Source: Bdellovibrionales bacterium RIFOXYD12_FULL_39_22
GTDB lineage: Bacteria; Bdellovibrionota; Bacteriovoracia; Bacteriovoracales; Bacteriovoracaceae
Length of the DNA stretch: 64,000 bases
NCBI GenBank assembly: GCA_001770205.1
Contig: MEQL01000050.1
Location: forward strand, 1-64,000
Direction: 5' to 3'
The position numbers and the translations under genes were made by a program. How positions within the stretch are numbered: position 1 is the first letter of the stretch; every line of letters starts with the position of its first letter. Shown in pieces: positions 56,408-64,000 of the stretch. Below the pieces are notes generated by a model. It was not told where the DNA came from. It saw only the letters and a list, made by a program, of their open reading frames with translations, and did not search any database.

Positions 56408-57670
56408 TTAGAGAATTGGAATAGCGGTAATTCCAATATTTCTTGGTGAGATGGTGCTGTCAAAATACTCTCGCATCTCACAAGCAAAACCACTTTCTTC
56501 AAGAAAAATGACGCGATCAAGCAAAATGGCCAGTTCGATAAGACGTCCAAAGCGCCAGCGAATGATATTGGCGATAAAAAGTTCTCTCAATAGTTGTTGG
56601 TTGTTTAAAGAGGAGAAATAGGCATTAAGCGCTAAGTTATCTGACAACGCAGAGCGTTCAAGTTCTGCCTTCATTTGAATATCTGTCAATTTGCTTAGCG
56701 CATAAGAGGCAAAATCTTTTTGATAGCTAGCTGGCCGCTCTTCTCCAACAGCCATAAAGTTGGCCTGGTGGAGATGGTGATAGAGTATAAAGTGTAGTGT
56801 ATAGCGGAAGAATTTTACTCGCTTTTTTAGCAGAAAGCTTTGGTAGTCAATAGGGGCGTGTGAGCGGGAGGCCAGGTTAAGTGCCTCTAGAGAAAAATCA
56901 AGAAAGTAGTTTTGGCGACAGAAAGCAGATAAATTTAACTCTTTTTGTGGATTCAATTTGGAATAGCAGCAAGCAAAATTAACCATGCCGGCCGAGCCAA
57001 GTTTTTTAGCGATTTCAAAGCTGCGATTGGCCAGAGCGCCACAAGTGTGCAGTCCCACTACTAAATGGTCCGTGGTTAATGGAAGAGGGGCGGCGCGCAA
57101 AAAATCTAAATTTTGAAAATCAATTTTATTCGTTAGATGGGGAAAATATTTTTGTAAACGAGAGCTACCCAGTCCTTGGAATTCTTCGTTTATATCTATT
57201 GAGCAGCAAGGTAGATCGCATTCATCCGCAATAAAACGAGATAAGTTTCCTACACCACCACCCAAATCAATTACGGAGGTATAGCTAATTTTTTTTCGTA
57301 ATTGTGCTAGCAGTCCCAGAATATTTTCAATTTCATGTTTCTTTTTATTTTTAATTTTTATCAATTTGGATTTAGCAAGCGGATATGAGGGGGTATTGCT
57401 TTTTAAATGCTCAGCGGGAATTAGTTGAGTGATGTTAGCTAACAAAGCATACAGAGAGGAGGATTTAAAGCTAGGAGTGGTGATTTGTTCCAAATTACCA
57501 CAATCTAGTTGCCAAAGTTCATGCTCGCTTAATGTTTTTCCTGCCTCGATCCACTCTGAGGGATAAGCGGCAAGAGCATGGGGATAGCGATGAATAATCT
57601 CTTCATTCCAAACCGCCCGATAGGATTGCAGGAAATTATATATTTTACTTAGTTTGTCTTTATAATCCAT
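56408..57670 (-). CDS. Class I SAM-dependent methyltransferase (Methyltransf_32 / METTL25-like)
   Basis: KKKHEI, VIDLGGGVGNL, VGLHTCGAL, CCY and FD..ISPRN. Confidence 0.82.
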   Translation of the reverse strand: MDYKDKLSKIYNFLQSYRAVWNEEIIHRYPHALAAYPSEWIEAGKTLSEHELWQLDCGNLEQITTPSFKSSSLYALLANITQLIPAEHLKSNTPSYPLAKSKLIKIKNKKKHEIENILGLLAQLRKKISYTSVIDLGGGVGNLSRFIADECDLPCCSIDINEEFQGLGSSRLQKYFPHLTNKIDFQNLDFLRAAPLPLTTDHLVVGLHTCGALANRSFEIAKKLGSAGMVNFACCYSKLNPQKELNLSAFCRQNYFLDFSLEALNLASRSHAPIDYQSFLLKKRVKFFRYTLHFILYHHLHQANFMAVGEERPASYQKDFASYALSKLTDIQMKAELERSALSDNLALNAYFSSLNNQQLLRELFIANIIRWRFGRLIELAILLDRVIFLEESGFACEMREYFDSTISPRNIGITAIPIL

Positions 57671-57719
57671 AAGATCCTTTATATATTATATCAACATCAA
57701 GATGAACAGAGAGAGCACC

Positions 57720-59060
57720 ATGGATTTAACAGGAAAGAAGATTGTCGTTTTTGGGATGGGCCGTTCGGGTATTTCCACCTTGCGTTTTCTTTCCACTAGG
57801 CAGGCCAGAGTTTGGGCGGTTAATAAAGGGCCTTTTTTGTCTTGGCAAAATTCTGAAGAGATAAAGAATTTGGTGGGAGAAAACTACTGTATTGCGGAAG
57901 AGGATCTGCGACTTATCGATATAATGGGTAGTTGTGATTTAGTAATTCTCTCTCCTGGTATTGCTAGAGAACATCCGGCCTTAACATCTGCTCATCAGCA
58001 TAAAATTCCTATTTGGACAGAGATCGAGTTGGCCTATCGCTTTATTCAGAATAAAAAAATCGTGGCCGTTACGGGTTCGAATGGAAAAACTACCGTGGTT
58101 ACTATGCTAGGAGAAATTTTTAAGCGGGCCGGCCGAAAGGTATTTGTGGGAGGTAATATTGGAATTCCGTTGTGTGAAGCACTTTTAGCTGGGGAATGTT
58201 TTGATCTTTATTTACTAGAGCTATCTAGTTTTCAATTAGAGAGCATGGAAGAGTTTCGTCCGAATGTAGCAGTTGTTTTAAATATTTATAAGAATCACAC
58301 AGAGAGATATACCAATATTGAAGATTATGCTCGTGCTAAATTCAATATTGTACGACGGATGCAGCACAAAGATCTTTTGATAGTTGCCGATGATCAGGCG
58401 ATCATCTCTTCCTGGGCAGGCCAGCAGCGGGAAAGAGTGGAGCTAGAATTAATAGAGATAAATAATCCGCAGAAAATAAAAGACAAAATTTGGACGGAAT
58501 ATGATCTGGCCCAATTTCAATTAATAGGCATTCATAATATCGTAAATTTGGCCTTTATTATTGCAGTCTGTAAGCGATTACAGATTGAACAATCAGCGGT
58601 GCAGGCGGTTATCAACTCTTTTTCGGGGGTAGATTTTAGAGTACAGAAAATAAAAAGTAACTTGGCCTGCCAATGTTTTAATGATGCCAAAAGTACCAAT
58701 TGGAATGCTACTATGACGGCCGTAAATTCTCTATCTTACGATTCTCGTCCGTTGTGGGTAATTGTCGGGGGGCAATGTCGAGGCAGTAGTGACTCTATCG
58801 TACCTCATCTTGATTTTTTTACAAGCAAGGTAGCGAAATTTATTTTAATTGGAGATAGTGCAAAATTATTGGCCTCTGAATTAACGGGTAAATTGGATTA
58901 CACGTTGGCCGGTAATTTAAGTGGGGCCATTGATTATGTAGAGGAGTCTAAGTTTTCTGGTAATCTTCTTTTTTCTCCGGCCTTTCAGTCTTTTGATCAA
59001 TTTAAAAATTATGTTGATAGAGGGAACTCCTTCAATGCCATTATTCAAGCGAGGAAGTAG
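57720..59060 (+). CDS. murD: UDP-N-acetylmuramoyl-L-alanine--D-glutamate ligase
   Basis: GMGRSG, SPGI, VTGSNGKTT, GGNIG, ELSSFQLE, NDAKSTN and SPA..SFDQF. Confidence 0.95.
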   Translation: MDLTGKKIVVFGMGRSGISTLRFLSTRQARVWAVNKGPFLSWQNSEEIKNLVGENYCIAEEDLRLIDIMGSCDLVILSPGIAREHPALTSAHQHKIPIWTEIELAYRFIQNKKIVAVTGSNGKTTVVTMLGEIFKRAGRKVFVGGNIGIPLCEALLAGECFDLYLLELSSFQLESMEEFRPNVAVVLNIYKNHTERYTNIEDYARAKFNIVRRMQHKDLLIVADDQAIISSWAGQQRERVELELIEINNPQKIKDKIWTEYDLAQFQLIGIHNIVNLAFIIAVCKRLQIEQSAVQAVINSFSGVDFRVQKIKSNLACQCFNDAKSTNWNATMTAVNSLSYDSRPLWVIVGGQCRGSSDSIVPHLDFFTSKVAKFILIGDSAKLLASELTGKLDYTLAGNLSGAIDYVEESKFSGNLLFSPAFQSFDQFKNYVDRGNSFNAIIQARK

Positions 59061-59062
59061 AA

Positions 59063-60796
59063 ATGATAAATAGTAATGAAAATGTAAGAAAGGTTTTGCA
59101 GTTGCTGGAAAAACATAACTGTGATGCCGCCTATATTACAGGAACAGATATTTATTTGAACGAATATGTGGCCTTGGAAAATTCTCATCGTTTTTTTCTT
59201 ACTGGCTTTACTGGCTCGACGGGAGAACTATTGCTAACCAAAGATGGCCAGATTTTTTTGTTTGTAGATGGCCGCTATCATGAACAGGCAGATCAACAGG
59301 TTGATTTGCAAAAAATTACCGTGATAAAATGTCCACTGGACAAGGCCCCTTTTGCTATGCTGCTTTTAAAGCTAAAAGAGCTCGCACTAAAAAAGATACT
59401 GTTAGATAGTAAGCGTGTTTCCCTGGTTTCATATAAAAAAATTAAAGAAGAAAAGATAGAAGTAGTTTCACTAGATAATGATGAATTAACCTCCCTTTTG
59501 AATATTGATTACACTCCTCACTTGAAAGAGGTTTATTTTCTAGAGAATGATATTTGTGGAAGCAGTGTTTTGGAGAAGTTGGCCACCATTTTTAGTGAAG
59601 AGGAGAGCGTGAGCGCGAGAAGTGCGTTGTTTGTCTCGGCCTTAGATTCCATTGCTTGGATCACTAATGCCCGCGGATTTCATCTTCCAAATCAAAGTGT
59701 TTTTTTGGCCTATGCTTTGGCCACTGCTGAAAAAATTTATCTTTGGGTGGAAGATTTTAAAATTTTTCCGACTCATATGGATAACTGTATTGAAGTTAAG
59801 AAAATGAGTAAAAATTTCTCTGAAGATCTAGCGCAAATAAAAAAACAAAAAGCAATCAAACATGCCATTATTGGAGAAAATACCATCTCTTATTATAACT
59901 ACAAAATTATCAGTTCAATATGGAATGCCGAAGGAGAGTTAAAGACAGAAGATGATTTTATAATTAAACATCAAACTATAAAAAATAAAGTAGAGACGCA
60001 GGCAATCGAGTCTGATTTTGCACGAGCTGACCGGGCCATTTACAATTCCATTCAATGGTTAAAGAAAAATTTTACTAAAGAAAAAATTTCAGAGGCCACT
60101 TTTTTTAAACAGGTCAATGATAATTTTAAAAAAGAGGGAGCGGTAGATAATAGTTTTAAAACCATTGCTGCTTTTAAGGATCATGCCTCTATCATTCATT
60201 TTTCTTCTCCGGATGAAGAAAAAATAGCGGCCACAGGGGATATGATATTACTCGATTGTGGAGGACTTTTTCATAGCGGATATTCTACGGATACTACCCG
60301 CACTTTTTTGTTGGGGAAAAAGAGTGATCCTAAAAACATCCAGATATACACTTTAGTACTAAAAGGTTTGTTATCTGCTCAATCGGCAATTTTCCCAATC
60401 GGCACAGTGGGATCACAGATTGATTTGATTGCGCGTATGCCTATTTTGAAGGCCGGGTTTGATTATATTCACTCTACAGGACATGGTGTTGGGATTAATG
60501 TTCATGAAGGAGGAATTCGCTTGGGAGGAAAATCTCAAACTATTTTACGAGTAGGCCAACTTTGTTCCATTGAGCCAGGTATTTATATTCCCGATTTTGG
60601 AGGAGTGCGTTTGGAGAATGTGGTAAAAGTAATGGCCCATCCCCATTTTGAGAATATGCTCTGTTTTGAACCGGTAGTCTTTATTGGTTTTGATCCAGAT
60701 CTTATCGATTACAAGATGCTGACATTCGAAGAACAAGCGGCCCTGGATAGTTATGAGGAAGCGTGTACTCTGCGGCAGAGAAGTTTTTTGAGATAA
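59063..60796 (+). CDS. Aminopeptidase P family (M24B) Xaa-Pro peptidase
   Basis: LTGFTGS, DGRY..QA, LLDCGG....YSTDTTRT, HSTGHGVG..VHEG and SIEPG.Y....GVRLEN. Confidence 0.92.
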   Translation: MINSNENVRKVLQLLEKHNCDAAYITGTDIYLNEYVALENSHRFFLTGFTGSTGELLLTKDGQIFLFVDGRYHEQADQQVDLQKITVIKCPLDKAPFAMLLLKLKELALKKILLDSKRVSLVSYKKIKEEKIEVVSLDNDELTSLLNIDYTPHLKEVYFLENDICGSSVLEKLATIFSEEESVSARSALFVSALDSIAWITNARGFHLPNQSVFLAYALATAEKIYLWVEDFKIFPTHMDNCIEVKKMSKNFSEDLAQIKKQKAIKHAIIGENTISYYNYKIISSIWNAEGELKTEDDFIIKHQTIKNKVETQAIESDFARADRAIYNSIQWLKKNFTKEKISEATFFKQVNDNFKKEGAVDNSFKTIAAFKDHASIIHFSSPDEEKIAATGDMILLDCGGLFHSGYSTDTTRTFLLGKKSDPKNIQIYTLVLKGLLSAQSAIFPIGTVGSQIDLIARMPILKAGFDYIHSTGHGVGINVHEGGIRLGGKSQTILRVGQLCSIEPGIYIPDFGGVRLENVVKVMAHPHFENMLCFEPVVFIGFDPDLIDYKMLTFEEQAALDSYEEACTLRQRSFLR

Positions 60797-60808
60797 GCTG
60801 AATTGGCC

Positions 60809-61222
60809 ATGTTGCAATCACAGGAGTTTACCTACAAAAATATTTTGGCCAAGGCCCGAGTGCGTCAGCGAGATATAATTAATCGTACGATTGATCAACT
60901 CATTAATCACGGATATTTAGTGAGGAAAAGGCCGATTATATTTTTTGATAATAAATCTTCATATCTTTCAATTTTTTCCTATATCGATCCAGGAATTGTT
61001 ACCTATCTTAATGGGGCCAATAAACTTACAGAGATTGCCATGGGCCATCAAATAGAGGGATATATTCATTCGAGACTATCTAATTTAGGCAATATTAACA
61101 CGGAATTGATTACTAACTTCGTAAAAGAGCAGCGTTGTGGATATGGAATAGTAATTTATGGAGGAGTTCCCTACAAAGATAGTAAGAAGAAGTTATTATT
61201 TGGGCCCTATTGGTTGTTTTAG
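60809..61222 (+). pseudogene. Probable C-terminal fragment of an AAA_14/DUF4143 ATP-binding protein
   Basis: YIDPGI...G.QIEGYI..RL and terminal GIVIYGG...LLFGPYWLF resemble DUF4143. The ATPase domain and the E(V/I)DF...IEVK segment are absent. Confidence 0.45.
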
Positions 61223-62008
61223 CGAAAGTTTTAGTTTACCTACTATTAAAATGGCCAGCACACCCAGCGCCAGAGAGAGGATTTCGCTATTACCATTTTT
61301 GTTCTTCTCTTGGGAGTTAAAAGAGAGTGAGCCACAAGCGAAAGGTTGCTCTATGGGATAGAGATAGGTTACGCCATCGATGTCATCATATCCTAGAGAT
61401 TTTCTTCGTTCTACAGTACTGTAATACATTAATGAATCCTTGACTGGACTATGGCCTAATCCAATGGCATGGCCAATTTCATGGGCCAGATAGGCCACCA
61501 TATCTGCTCGCTCTTGATTTTTAACCGCACTTCCAACAATATCATTAACTAAAAAAAGTGCACCGTAGATGCGATTTTTAGAAACACTATAGGAGGAGAT
61601 GATGGTGGTTCCCAAAATACCTGGATTGGTAAAAAAAGTGGTGTTGCCATTGCAGGCGATTAAAATATTCTTGGACACCTTTAGATTAGGATTGATGCTT
61701 TGACAGGAGGCAGTAATAGGATTATCTAAACAGAGTGATTCATCATGGAAAGCATCATCCACTCGCACAAGATTTCCTTTTTTTAGACGGAGAGAGCTAG
61801 TAGGAACGCTATTCCAGTAATCATTTAAGGCATCATCAAGCATATCTAAAATATCTTGGTTGGTGTACCCAATATTTTCACAGGTGTTGTCTGCCACATT
61901 AACCACCACTTCATCTTCTTCAAATTTGGCCTCAAAGCTGTTATTAAGAGTAAAAGCATAAAGATTAATGGAAAAAAAAAGCATTAAAAAAATAAAAGTC
62001 AGTTTCAT
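61196..62008 (-). CDS. Secreted matrixin-family (metzincin) metalloprotease with C-terminal membrane anchor
   Basis: Signal peptide, HEIGHAIGLGH, Met-turn SLMY, DDIDG...LY, then ACGSL, a hydrophobic helix and a basic tail. Confidence 0.9.
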   Translation of the reverse strand: MKLTFIFLMLFFSINLYAFTLNNSFEAKFEEDEVVVNVADNTCENIGYTNQDILDMLDDALNDYWNSVPTSSLRLKKGNLVRVDDAFHDESLCLDNPITASCQSINPNLKVSKNILIACNGNTTFFTNPGILGTTIISSYSVSKNRIYGALFLVNDIVGSAVKNQERADMVAYLAHEIGHAIGLGHSPVKDSLMYYSTVERRKSLGYDDIDGVTYLYPIEQPFACGSLSFNSQEKNKNGNSEILSLALGVLAILIVGKLKLSLKQPIGPK

Positions 62009-62023
62009 ATTAAGTACCTCAGA

Positions 62024-64000
<1,977 letters not shown>

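Noticed and set aside
56408..57670. Methyltransferase as the cognate GGCC DNA methylase
   Set aside because: It lacks C5-MTase motifs (PC, ENV) and amino-MTase motifs (DPPY/NPPY/SPPY). Its GLHTCG and SPRN motifs indicate the Methyltransf_32/METTL25-like family.

Overview
AT-rich (roughly 38-40% GC by eye) bacterial chromosome segment. The gene set suggests Bdellovibrionota (Bacteriovoracia-like); this is inference from the gspC-N layout, a Cys-paired Ig-like/RCC1 giant lipoprotein and many small secreted proteins. Recognisable content: nifJ-type pyruvate:ferredoxin/flavodoxin oxidoreductase followed by a Na+-translocating decarboxylase operon (oadGAB), two sensor kinases (one with a periplasmic CXXCH), dihydropyrimidinase, TolC plus an RND permease without an adaptor, rmuC, glgP, a complete type II secretion cluster, a CRTAC1/FG-GAP lipoprotein, PPTase-LysR divergent from glutamine synthetase III, murD, aminopeptidase P, a matrixin protease and tgt. 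Several eroded elements are present (ISAs1 and IS1634 remnants, AAA/DUF4143 ATPase fragments, a broken receiver domain, an OMP tail). The most striking signal is a roughly 9-fold excess of GGCC in hand-counted native genes, together with an orphan PD-(D/E)XK gene (18572-19603) that resembles HaeIII-family (GGCC-recognising) endonucleases and has no methylase nearby. This could be a domesticated GGCC system analogous to GATC/Dam/MutH. No rRNA, tRNA or CRISPR array was seen. All family assignments are from motif recognition by eye, not database searches.
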